This document shows, in pieces, positions 1 through 8,183 of a stretch of 56,922 nucleotides of DNA. Source of the stretch: a virus (Duplodnaviria > Caudoviricetes); the IMG/VR virus record IMGVR_UViG_3300037153_000232, positions 1 through 56,922 of that record, one strand, 5' to 3'. The notes under the pieces were generated by a model. It was not told the DNA's origin. It ran no database searches and saw only the letters and a program-made list of their open reading frames with translations. The position numbers were made by a program, and so were the translations under genes. Position 1 is the stretch's first letter, and each line of letters begins with the position of its first letter.

Positions 1-2
1 GC

Positions 3-194
3 GGCGGCGTCAAGGATGGCACGTACATCACCGTGGCTGGCCACGGCTCCGACAACACCAAGGGGCACTCCAGTGTCGCGGCCTGGCGCTACGCGATGGG
101 GATGCCGTGGGCGATGACTCGCCACGAACTGGCCGAGGCCATCCCGCCCGCCTACACCACCTACATCGGGCGACAGATGCTCGCCTGGCTCTGA
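3..194 (+). CDS. C-terminal fragment of a phage DNA cytosine methyltransferase-like protein (5' truncated)
   Basis: Manual frame-3 translation ends ...AMGMPWAMTRHELAEAIPPAYTTYIGRQML. The EAIPPAYT motif is typical of phage C5-MTase C-termini. Confidence 0.65.
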   Translation, partial: GGVKDGTYITVAGHGSDNTKGHSSVAAWRYAMGMPWAMTRHELAEAIPPAYTTYIGRQMLAWL

Positions 195-204
195 AAGGAA
201 CTAC
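193..204 (+). promoter_or_regulatory. Conserved extended RBS motif GAAAGGAACTAC (copy 1)
   Basis: Identical 12-mer at 193, 2988, 8169, 17062 and 17499. Here it lies 3 nt before ATG 208. Confidence 0.8.
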
Positions 205-207
205 GCC

Positions 208-384
208 ATGAACCCCGTCACCGTCACCATCGTCGCGCATCCTCGCGGCGCAACCTACAAGATCCACCCCGACTGCCAGCCGCTGGCCACCGACCTGACG
301 TGGGAGGTGGTGTGCGACACGCCCTACCCCGCCGCTGAATTGGCCTTCGAGCTTTGCCCGATGTGCCGCGAGGCGCTGGCCTGA
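208..384 (+). CDS. Small Cys-containing hypothetical protein (58 aa)
   Basis: Manual translation MNPVTVTIVAH...LCPMCREALA. Strong RBS; stop overlaps the next ATG. Confidence 0.6.
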   Translation: MNPVTVTIVAHPRGATYKIHPDCQPLATDLTWEVVCDTPYPAAELAFELCPMCREALA

Positions 385-821
385 TGGCCAGGCAGGGCGT
401 GGCCTGCGACCTGTGCGAACTGAACCGCGACATCGCCTGGGTCATCCGCACCGACGAGTTCATCGTGGGCGCGGGCGACGCCGACGCGCCGCTGAGCGAA
501 CTGGCCGTCATGACCACCTTCGGCCAGGACGAGGAGTGGGCGCTGTGCCACGCCTGCAAGCGCGACGTGCTCAACGACGACCAGACGCCGATCATGCGCC
601 GCCGACGCCAGGCGCTGGTGATGGACTCGCCCGAGTGGAACGCGATGACCAGCGCCGAGCGCGACGCGGCGGTGCAGGTGCTGGAGATGACGATCATGGC
701 CGTGCTGTCGTGCAGGCAGAAGCGCTGGGGCCGCGCCTGGACTGCACGGGACGCGGCCCAGGCAGCGGCAGCGGTCGAGCGCGACGGACAGCGCGGGCTG
801 AGGCATGACGGCGCTCAGTGA
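384..821 (+). CDS. Hypothetical protein with two CxxC motifs
   Basis: CDLC and CHAC motifs; TGATG coupling to the upstream gene. Confidence 0.6.
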   Translation: MARQGVACDLCELNRDIAWVIRTDEFIVGAGDADAPLSELAVMTTFGQDEEWALCHACKRDVLNDDQTPIMRRRRQALVMDSPEWNAMTSAERDAAVQVLEMTIMAVLSCRQKRWGRAWTARDAAQAAAAVERDGQRGLRHDGAQ

Positions 822-1611
822 CCTGCCAGCGCGCCCGGGCGTGCCGCTGTGGGTCCGCGACGAGCGCTGGGAGTTCTGGCACGCCTGGCCGACCGACGAG
901 CGCATGGACACACGAGGCCACTCGCGCCTGGCCTGCGGCGACGACTGGACGTGGACCAAGACCACGCGCACGAGCTACCACGTGCTGGCCACTGTCGGGT
1001 GCTACCTGTGCCGCCTGGCGCTGGAGGGCACGCCCGTGCGGCGTCGCGGCCGACCGCGCCACTTGCCCGAAGGCCCCGTGATCGAGCGCCTGCCGAGCGA
1101 CCTGCCGCCGATCCCGCGTACCACGCGCCCGACCTGGCGAGCACGCCAAAAACAGGCCGAACTGGTAGAGGATTCCGCACCAAAAGAGCCGCAGTCTGCG
1201 CCCCAGTCGAGGGTCGAGAAGCTGGTCGCGGCGGGCGCGAAGCTCATCACCTACGAGCGCAACGGTAAGACCGTCATCAGCGCCCACCCCGACAAGGCCA
1301 TCCGAGCGAAGCTGGCCAGCGACGACACCGACGACCTGGCCGACATACCGAGCTTCGAGGTGGGCCGACGCCTGCCCGTCTGGGAGTGTATGCAGTGCGG
1401 GCAGACGCTGGTCTACGGCGACCGCTTCTGTGGGACGTGGTGTGCGCGAGAGCACCGCGAGCAGGAGCGCGCCGACCGCTGGGAGCGTAACGGGTTGATC
1501 GCTGCGCGCTACCACTTCGAGGACGTGCTCTACCGCCGCCCGCGCCGCGACCGCCTCATGGCCTGGACGCCGCCAGCCAGCCAGATTCGACGGGCATCTC
1601 GCTACCGCTGA
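805..1611 (+). CDS. Hypothetical protein with zinc-ribbon motifs
   Basis: 268-aa ORF with CYLC and CMQC...FCGTWC. Confidence 0.6.
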   Translation: MTALSDLPARPGVPLWVRDERWEFWHAWPTDERMDTRGHSRLACGDDWTWTKTTRTSYHVLATVGCYLCRLALEGTPVRRRGRPRHLPEGPVIERLPSDLPPIPRTTRPTWRARQKQAELVEDSAPKEPQSAPQSRVEKLVAAGAKLITYERNGKTVISAHPDKAIRAKLASDDTDDLADIPSFEVGRRLPVWECMQCGQTLVYGDRFCGTWCAREHREQERADRWERNGLIAARYHFEDVLYRRPRRDRLMAWTPPASQIRRASRYR

Positions 1612-1628
1612 TTTTTGTGACGCGAACT

Positions 1629-1695
1629 GTCACCGTAATTGTTGACACGACGGGGCGCTTGACGTATATTCAGTGTGTCGGCCGATGGAGGGCCG
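1629..1695 (+). promoter_or_regulatory. Operator-overlapped sigma70-type promoter with RBS-loop leader hairpin
   Basis: GTCACC-N6-GTTGAC; TTGACA(1642)-17 bp-TATATT(1665); hairpin CGGCC-GATGGAG-GGCCG at 1679-1695. Confidence 0.85.
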
Positions 1696-1700
1696 CAGCG

Positions 1701-2621
1701 ATGAACACGATGACCGCCGAGGTTCTCTCCGATGCAATCAGCTTCGTAGTCGAGCACCAGCCAGCAGGCCGCAAGTTCGAGGTTGGCGATGTGACCGCCG
1801 AGCTTCGAGCAGCCGCCACCACCTACGCGCAGACCTGGCAGGCCGATCCGAAGCACTGGGCCAACAACTTCATGCTGGACATGCGCTCGAACGCCAAGTA
1901 CGACGCGCCGACCGCGACCACGGGCTACAAAGGCTCCAAGGGCCTGAGCGCTGGCCAGATCAAAGGCATCCTGAACGTCATCCGCGCCGAGCAGTCCAAG
2001 AAGGCTCCCGCGCCGAAGGCGACGGTCGCCACGGCCGTGGCCGAGGTGCTCAACGTCAGCCAGGTGCGCACGGCGCGCTTCCGCGTGGTGCCTGACGACG
2101 GTCAGTCGATTGCGGTGCGCCTGAGCGTCCCGACGATGTGGACCGACGCGCCGAAGGGCACGCGCAAGCTGAGCGTCCGCGCCCAGGATGGTTGGATGAC
2201 GGTCGGCAAGGTCGAGCCAGACGGTTCGGTCAAGGTCTTCAAGAAGGCGGGCGAGGCGCTGGAGAAGCGCGTGCGCCAGGCGCTGAACATCCTGGCCAAG
2301 GCCGACGACGATCTGGTCTACATCCTCGACTACGCGATGGAAGGCGGTCACTGTGGGTTCTGTGATCTCGAACTGGATACCGCAGAATCGCTGAGCGTCG
2401 GATACGGCCCGACATGCGCCAAGAAGCACAACCTTCCTTGGGGCGAGAAGGCCGTCCCAGCCAAGGTGCTGCTGGCCAAGGCCGACTACGACATTCAGCA
2501 CGACACAGACGGTGCCGTGGTCAGCCTGGCGGGCTTCAAGCTTCGCCCGTCGGTCTTCTCCGAAGCTGACGATCTGGCTGCTGCCGCCGACCTCGCCAAC
2601 GACCAGGCCGTAGGGAATTGA
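1701..2621 (+). CDS. Phage protein with C-terminal DUF6011-like zinc finger
   Basis: GHCGFCDLELDTAESLSVGYGPTCAK motif. Start moved to ATG 1701, downstream of the promoter and SD. Confidence 0.7.
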   Translation: MNTMTAEVLSDAISFVVEHQPAGRKFEVGDVTAELRAAATTYAQTWQADPKHWANNFMLDMRSNAKYDAPTATTGYKGSKGLSAGQIKGILNVIRAEQSKKAPAPKATVATAVAEVLNVSQVRTARFRVVPDDGQSIAVRLSVPTMWTDAPKGTRKLSVRAQDGWMTVGKVEPDGSVKVFKKAGEALEKRVRQALNILAKADDDLVYILDYAMEGGHCGFCDLELDTAESLSVGYGPTCAKKHNLPWGEKAVPAKVLLAKADYDIQHDTDGAVVSLAGFKLRPSVFSEADDLAAAADLANDQAVGN

Positions 2622-3004
2622 AGCCCTACTACTTGGCCAACCGAGCCTACCTCCAGGCGCTGCGCACGGCCACCCCGTGCGCGCACTGTGGAGGCGGACC
2701 AGTCGAGTGGCACAACCCCGAGCACGTCGAGCGACCGCACCGTCGCATCGGCAACATGACGGGCAGCGCCCGCGCCGCTATCGACGCCGAGCTTGCCCGC
2801 TGCACGCCACTGTGCCGCCGCTGCCACATGGCCGAAGACGGTCGGCTGCGCCGCCTGGTAACCGATAACCCGAACCCTGCTGGTATGCGCCGACCCGCGA
2901 AGGCCTGCGTCGAGTGCGGCTCGACCGCCAGCCAGTACCTGCGGCGTGGCCTGTGCGGACGCTGCTACGACCGACGACGACGATCTCGAAAGGAACTACC
3001 GTGA
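2618..3004 (+). CDS. HNH endonuclease-like zinc-finger protein
   Basis: CAHC...EWH...LCRRCH plus CVEC...CGRC. Confidence 0.6.
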   Translation: MKPYYLANRAYLQALRTATPCAHCGGGPVEWHNPEHVERPHRRIGNMTGSARAAIDAELARCTPLCRRCHMAEDGRLRRLVTDNPNPAGMRRPAKACVECGSTASQYLRRGLCGRCYDRRRRSRKELP

Positions 3005-3153
3005 ACACTGAACCACGCCACCTGTGCGGCCACCTCGCGCTGCACCCGACGCCCGAGACGCCGACGACCTACTGCATCAAGTGCGTCGCCTGGGGCTGCA
3101 CCACGCCGAACTGCCCGGGTCACCAGCGCTGGCCCGACCAGGCCGAGGCGTGA
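3001..3153 (+). CDS. Small Cys/His-rich hypothetical protein
   Basis: GTG 3001 directly after GAAAGGAACTAC (2988-2999). Confidence 0.55.
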   Translation: MNTEPRHLCGHLALHPTPETPTTYCIKCVAWGCTTPNCPGHQRWPDQAEA

Positions 3154-3641
3154 CCGTCGAAGCAGGCCTGGCCTTCGTCAAAGATGATGGCGGGCGTGCC
3201 CACGCGGGCTTCAAAGGCAGGACTGGCGATTGCTCCACGCGGGCCATCGCCATCGCGCTGGGCTTGCCCTACACCGAGGTCTACGACGCGCTCAACGCGC
3301 TGGGCAAGACCTGCCGCATCACCAAGCGCCACCCGAAGCAGTGCTACGCTCGCACGGGCGTGTGCGTCAAAGTGCTCCAGCGCTACCTGGCCAGCAAGGG
3401 CTGGACGTGGCACGCCACGATGGGCATCGGCACGGGCACGACCGTTCACCTGCGCGCTGGCGAGCTTCCCAAGAACGCCAGCTTCATCGCCAGGATCTCG
3501 AAGCACCTCGTGGCCATCGTGGACGGTGAGATCCACGACACGGGCGACCCGTCGATGGATGGGACGCGTGCCGTGTACGGCATCTGGTACCCGCGCTCCG
3601 AGCACCTGAAGTTCCGCCCGAGCGTGACGAGCGAGGCATGA
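3150..3641 (+). CDS. Conserved phage protein, possible papain-like (Cys/His) fold
   Basis: GDCSTRAIAIA...KHLVAIVDGEIHDT pattern. Confidence 0.55.
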   Translation: MTVEAGLAFVKDDGGRAHAGFKGRTGDCSTRAIAIALGLPYTEVYDALNALGKTCRITKRHPKQCYARTGVCVKVLQRYLASKGWTWHATMGIGTGTTVHLRAGELPKNASFIARISKHLVAIVDGEIHDTGDPSMDGTRAVYGIWYPRSEHLKFRPSVTSEA

Positions 3642-3780
3642 GCCGCGACGTGAACGGCTGCCTGGTCATCACCGTAGGCTGCGCCGTGCTGGTCGGCAGC
3701 GTGCTGCTGCTGGCTGGCCTGGCGTTCACCGTGGCGCTGGGCTACCGCCTGCCGTGACACCTTTTTTGTTGACCGAATCT

Positions 3781-3847
3781 GTCACCGTAATTGTTGACAC
3801 CAACACCCCGACGGGGTATCTTGCATCCAACGGCCGATGGAGGGCCG
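3781..3847 (+). promoter_or_regulatory. Operator-overlapped sigma70-type promoter with RBS-loop leader hairpin
   Basis: GTCACCGTAATTGTTGAC; TTGACA(3794)-17 bp-TATCTT(3817); CGGCC-GATGGAG-GGCCG at 3831-3847. Confidence 0.85.
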
Positions 3848-3852
3848 CAACC

Positions 3853-4161
3853 GTGAGCATCAGCGCTCAACCGACCTACTTCTTCATGACGGTGGACTAC
3901 ACCGAACCGCGCACCGTCGAGAACCCGACCGAGGCCGACTACGCGGCCACCCGCGCCACCTACCGTGGCGTGCGCCTGCGGATCGAGTACGGCCAGGACT
4001 GCAAGGCCGTCAAGGTCTTCAACACGGGCGAGTTCGCCAGCGACTACCAGGCAGCCGTGACGCACGTGCAGACGCTCTCTGGCGAGCGTGAGGTGCCCTT
4101 CATGGGCAGCAGCACCGTGGACAGCTACATGTACGACGCGGGCTACGAGGAGGCCGTCTGA
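3853..4161 (+). CDS. Hypothetical early protein
   Basis: GTG start after the leader hairpin; phage-like codon usage. Confidence 0.65.
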   Translation: MSISAQPTYFFMTVDYTEPRTVENPTEADYAATRATYRGVRLRIEYGQDCKAVKVFNTGEFASDYQAAVTHVQTLSGEREVPFMGSSTVDSYMYDAGYEEAV

Positions 4162-4418
4162 TGGCCTCCCGCGCACCCGTGACCAGCGCGGCGGTGCTGC
4201 TGGTGATGGCCGACGCCATCGAGGTCAGCCGCGAGCACGAGCGCATCGCGCTGTATCAGTGGCGCGAGATCCTCACCGACGTCGCTTTCGAGCGCGCCTG
4301 GACTGAGAACGACGGGCAGAGCGTCCACGACGGGCGCACGATGTACGCGCTGCTGGACCTGGCGCGCAAGGCGGGCCTGACGGTCGCGGCCTGGAAAGAC
4401 GGGGTACGCATCGCGTGA
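4161..4418 (+). CDS. Hypothetical protein
   Basis: 85-aa ORF, translationally coupled. Confidence 0.6.
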   Translation: MASRAPVTSAAVLLVMADAIEVSREHERIALYQWREILTDVAFERAWTENDGQSVHDGRTMYALLDLARKAGLTVAAWKDGVRIA

Positions 4419-4566
4419 GCGACCCGTTCGGCGTCATCATCACCCTCCAGCACATCGCGGCCAACTGCGAGGCCATCGGTCACGACCTCCAGCGCATCGC
4501 CATCGTGCTCGCGCCGCTGGGCGGACTGGTGGCCGACTTCGCCAGCCACTGGTGGGCGAGCGTCTC

Positions 4567-5103
4567 GTGAGCCGCCGCACCAAGCAGCAGGCGCAGGCCA
4601 GGCGCGCAGCGGCGCTGACGGGTGAGGACCGTTTGCCGCCGTGGACGCCCTTCGTGGAACTGCCGCCCGCGCCGCCGACACGCGAGAAGCTGGAGACGCT
4701 GGCCCGGGTTTCGGGCAAGACCGTCGAGGCGATTCAGGACTACATCCTGGCCGACATGCTGGGCGCGACGTACTGGAACAACAGCCGCTACTACGTCATC
4801 AAGAAGAAGGAGCCGCGTGCTGACGGGCTGGGCTGGGTCTGGCACCTGAGCTTCCGCCGTCAGGATCGGCAGCCCGTCGGGCGCGAGCACTTCCGCGACT
4901 TCCAGCGCATCAAGAACGAGCTACTCGGGCCGCAGGCCACGGCCATCGAGATCTACCCCGCCGAGGACCGTCTGGCCGACACCTCCAACCAGTACCACCT
5001 GTGGGCCTACGACGACCTGCGCGGCTTCCCCTTCGGGTTCTACGACCGCGCCGTGCTCGACGCGGGCCAGGGTCTGGTGCAGAAGCCACTGGACGAGGAC
5101 TGA
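4567..5103 (+). CDS. DUF7694-like phage protein
   Basis: WHLSFRR...RDFQRIKNELLG...AIEIYPAEDRLADTSNQYHLW pattern. Confidence 0.6.
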   Translation: MSRRTKQQAQARRAAALTGEDRLPPWTPFVELPPAPPTREKLETLARVSGKTVEAIQDYILADMLGATYWNNSRYYVIKKKEPRADGLGWVWHLSFRRQDRQPVGREHFRDFQRIKNELLGPQATAIEIYPAEDRLADTSNQYHLWAYDDLRGFPFGFYDRAVLDAGQGLVQKPLDED

Positions 5104-5105
5104 GC

Positions 5106-5741
5106 ATGAGCCTGTACCACCTGACCAGCATCTACCACCTGCCGATCATCATGCAGGCGGGCTTCCTGAAGATCACCGAGTCGAACATCTCGCTGATCCC
5201 GCACGAGGAGCATGTCGGCCCCGACGTGGTCTGGCTGACGACCAGCCCGCGCTCGGGCCAGGGCTGGGCGCGGATGCGGCCCGAGTTCGCCTACGTGGAC
5301 AAGACGCGCATCCTGTTCGAGCTAGAGCTACCCGACGCCGACGTGCACAACTGGCACGACTGGGCGCTGGCGCATGGCAGCACGCTGCACTTCATGAAGG
5401 CGCTGGCCTCGTCGGGCGACGAGCGGCACCCGCTGGGCTACCGCGTGGGCGACGACGGCGAGGCGGACCTGGCGGCGCTGGAGCGTGCCCGAGCCGAGTG
5501 GTTCGTGATCGAGCGCGAGGTGCCGTGGGTCGAGTGGACGCGCATCACCGACCAACTGGCGGGCACCGTGCTCTGGCAGCGCGACGAGGCGCAACTGCGA
5601 GCGGGCGAACTGGCCGTGCCGCCGCTGCTGAAGATCGCGGGCAACGACTGGCGCACGCCTGGCACGCTGCTGAGCCGCCCGCTGCCCGTGACCGTGGCGA
5701 CACGCGACGAGTGGCAGCGCCAGCTACGCGACAAGAACTGA
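5106..5741 (+). CDS. Hypothetical protein, possible ADP-ribosyltransferase-like fold
   Basis: N-terminal LYHLTS..HLPIIMQAGFL and VWLTTSP resemble ART strands 1 and 2. Confidence 0.4.
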   Translation: MSLYHLTSIYHLPIIMQAGFLKITESNISLIPHEEHVGPDVVWLTTSPRSGQGWARMRPEFAYVDKTRILFELELPDADVHNWHDWALAHGSTLHFMKALASSGDERHPLGYRVGDDGEADLAALERARAEWFVIEREVPWVEWTRITDQLAGTVLWQRDEAQLRAGELAVPPLLKIAGNDWRTPGTLLSRPLPVTVATRDEWQRQLRDKN

Positions 5742-5758
5742 TCGACCGCGCCCCGGAG

Positions 5759-5801
5759 GTCACCGTAATCGTTGACAACGGCGACCACGGGGCGGCATAC
5801 T
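5759..5801 (+). promoter_or_regulatory. Operator-overlapped sigma70-type promoter
   Basis: GTCACCGTAATCGTTGAC; TTGACA(5772)-18 bp-CATACT(5796). Confidence 0.75.
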
Positions 5802-5821
5802 GTGTGCAACGAGGTAAACCC

Positions 5822-6721
5822 GTGACGACGACGAACGACGAACTGAAACTGGCTGGCGACCCCGACGCGCAGCAGGACAACCCCGAAGAGGCCTTCGACA
5901 TCAACGAGCAGCATCCCGAGGCGACCGACAGCGGCATCGAGGTGGACGCCAGCGACGTGGTCAGCCTGGCCAAGGCTGTGAGCGCGGGCGTGCCCATCGG
6001 CAAGCTGGTCGAGGAGCACCAGGCGACGCAGCTAACGACGCACACGTGGACGCCTGGCGCGGCCTGCCCGATGCGCAGCCACAACCGCAAGGTCGGCAGC
6101 CTGGTCGGTGTCTACAACCTGAAGCACCCCGCCAACACGATCCGCGTACCGAACTTCGTGACGGGCGTGAACTGGCTGGCCAGGTGCGAGACGCACGAGG
6201 CGGACCTGTACACGACCACCTTCGGGCCAGCGTGGAAGGCGCGCAATCGGCCGTGGGAGTTCTGCCCGGGTTGTGAGTCGATCTTCAACACCAAGCACGG
6301 CGGCAAGGCCGCGCAGAAGGGCAAGAAGGCCAGCACGGTCAAGGTCGCGCCCAAGCCCGAGCCGAAGGCCAAGAAGCTGAAGGGCGAGGCCAACGGCAAG
6401 GCGGTGCTCGAAGCGGCGCTGGAGGCCATCAAGCCAGAGCCTGCACAGGGGCCGCAGGAAGCCGCCTGGACGCCTGTCGAGTCTGCGGACGATCCAGAGG
6501 AGGCGGTCTGGAACGAGTGGTCACAGAGCCTCGCCAAGGCCATCCCCGCAGGTGCCCGCGTGGACTGGGTCACCGACTACCACTACCGCGTGGTGCTGAA
6601 GGACAAGCGCGAGATCGACCTGATGGTGCACAAGGGCACGGCTACCTTCCGCCACCGAGACGCGTCGGGTCACGATCACTACGCCGACGACATCCAGTCG
6701 ATGCTGGCCGAGATCGGCTAG
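5822..6721 (+). CDS. Hypothetical protein with acidic N-terminus, Zn-binding motif and Lys-rich linker
   Basis: GTG 5822 after GAGG; CETH...FCPGC. Confidence 0.6.
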   Translation: MTTTNDELKLAGDPDAQQDNPEEAFDINEQHPEATDSGIEVDASDVVSLAKAVSAGVPIGKLVEEHQATQLTTHTWTPGAACPMRSHNRKVGSLVGVYNLKHPANTIRVPNFVTGVNWLARCETHEADLYTTTFGPAWKARNRPWEFCPGCESIFNTKHGGKAAQKGKKASTVKVAPKPEPKAKKLKGEANGKAVLEAALEAIKPEPAQGPQEAAWTPVESADDPEEAVWNEWSQSLAKAIPAGARVDWVTDYHYRVVLKDKREIDLMVHKGTATFRHRDASGHDHYADDIQSMLAEIG

Positions 6722-6734
6722 GCCTATAGTGGGA

Positions 6735-6826
6735 GCGGGCCTCCATCGCCCGCCGAGCGCCTGCGGGCCAGGTGCTCGCAAGAGAGCGTCTGGCGCAGGG
6801 GTCACATCCCGCCAGGCGCTCTTTTT
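6735..6826 (+). ncRNA. Candidate three-hairpin small RNA with anti-RBS loop CTCCATC
   Basis: TATAGT box at 6725-6730; hairpins 6735-6753, 6754-6778 and 6783-6822 followed by a T-run; intergenic. Confidence 0.6.
6783..6826 (+). terminator. Intrinsic terminator
   Basis: AGAGCGTCTGGCG...CGCCAGGCGCTCT stem followed by TTTT. Confidence 0.7.
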
Positions 6827-6838
6827 GATGCTGGATCT

Positions 6839-6881
6839 GTCACCGAAATTGTTGACAGGAGAGGCCGACGGGGCGTATATT
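6839..6881 (+). promoter_or_regulatory. Operator-overlapped sigma70-type promoter, probably leaderless transcript
   Basis: GTCACCGAAATTGTTGAC; TTGACA(6852)-18 bp-TATATT(6876); ATG 6 nt later. Confidence 0.8.
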
Positions 6882-6887
6882 CTGAGC

Positions 6888-7379
6888 ATGACGCAGACAT
6901 TGATCGCTCCGACAGCCGCCGACGACGGCGTGCTGATCCGACCAGGCATGAGCGAGTCACAGAACCATTACGAGAACAAGACCGAGGTCGCCATCTACGT
7001 GATCCTCGATCCCGAGATGGGCCGCGTGCTGATGGAGTACCGCCTCCCGCCGTGGCCACCGATCAATCAGTGGTGCTTCGGCTCTGGCCGCGTGGACAAG
7101 GGCGAAGACGGCAAGCACGCCGCGCTGCGCGAGCTTCACGAGGAACTGGGCCTGTTCGCCTGCGAGGTGGCCGACCTGGGCAGCTTCGAGGACGCCAACG
7201 GCCGCACGTTTCACCCGTGGCTGATCCTCGACTGGGCTGGCGAGATCCCCGTCACCAACGCCGACGAGAAGTACCCGCTGGCCTGGTGGGACGTTGACCG
7301 ACTGCCGCACGGCTGCAACGCCGTGACCCACGCCGTGGCGAACCGCGTCAAGCGCTTCATCGCCAGCCGCGACTACTGA
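6888..7379 (+). CDS. NUDIX hydrolase
   Basis: Nudix box GRVDKGEDGKHAALRELHEELGL. Confidence 0.9.
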   Translation: MTQTLIAPTAADDGVLIRPGMSESQNHYENKTEVAIYVILDPEMGRVLMEYRLPPWPPINQWCFGSGRVDKGEDGKHAALRELHEELGLFACEVADLGSFEDANGRTFHPWLILDWAGEIPVTNADEKYPLAWWDVDRLPHGCNAVTHAVANRVKRFIASRDY

Positions 7380-7391
7380 GGAGACACCCCG

Positions 7392-8102
7392 ATGCGATGG
7401 ACGCCCGACGTGACCTGGCAGGCGAGCAGCCTGGCCGACGACGACGAGATTGAGTGGCTGACGCTGAGCAAGAAGGACCGCAAGCGGCTGAAGAAGGCCG
7501 CGAAGCGCGCCCGCAAACAGGCCGCGTGGCAGCAGACGCTGCCGACGTTCGTGCGCACCACGGCCAACCATCGGCGCGAGGCGCAGGTGCGCCTGGAGGA
7601 CGTGCCCGAGACGCCCGGGCTGCGCGTGATCTTCACCGACTTCGACGGCGTGCTGAACCAGCATTCGAGCGGCAGCTACCTGCTGAAGCGCGAGCAGGTC
7701 GAGCGCCTGGACAGGCTTGCCCGCGAGACGCGGGCCGTGGTGGTGGTCACCTCGTGGTGGCGCTGGATCGGCGTCGAGCGGCTGCGCGAGGATCTGGCCA
7801 GCGCGGGCTTCCACGGTCGGCTGATCGGGCGCTCGCCGTGGCTGGGCGAAAACGAGCAGTGGGACGCCTGGGAGCGCGGCCAGGAGATCGACGCGGTGCT
7901 GCGCTATCTGGACGGCCGAGTCGAGAGCTTCGTCATCCTTGACGATCACAACCGTATGGGCAACCTGCTGCCGTATCTGGTGCAGACAACCGCCTCCGAG
8001 GGCCTGACCGAGGCCGATTGCGAGATGGCAAAGGGTATCCTGTTGAATCCAGTACCCCGTCAGCCGTTTGCGTCAGGTGTCTACGAGATGGTTGACGCCT
8101 GA
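7392..8102 (+). CDS. HAD-family phosphatase (Swiss-Army-Knife RNA-repair-type HAD)
   Basis: IFTDFDGVLN, VVVTSWWR, RGQEID and FVILDD motifs. Confidence 0.85.
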   Translation: MRWTPDVTWQASSLADDDEIEWLTLSKKDRKRLKKAAKRARKQAAWQQTLPTFVRTTANHRREAQVRLEDVPETPGLRVIFTDFDGVLNQHSSGSYLLKREQVERLDRLARETRAVVVVTSWWRWIGVERLREDLASAGFHGRLIGRSPWLGENEQWDAWERGQEIDAVLRYLDGRVESFVILDDHNRMGNLLPYLVQTTASEGLTEADCEMAKGILLNPVPRQPFASGVYEMVDA

Positions 8103-8121
8103 ATCAGCGCCAAGCTATACT
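8079..8121 (+). promoter_or_regulatory. Operator-like site and promoter
   Basis: GTCTAC-N6-GTTGAC; TTGACG(8092)-18 bp-TATACT(8116). Confidence 0.7.
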
Positions 8122-8183
8122 CTGTCGTGCCGCCCGAACGGGGCGGCGTTCGCGGCAACCAGCCGCAGGAAAGGAACTACATC

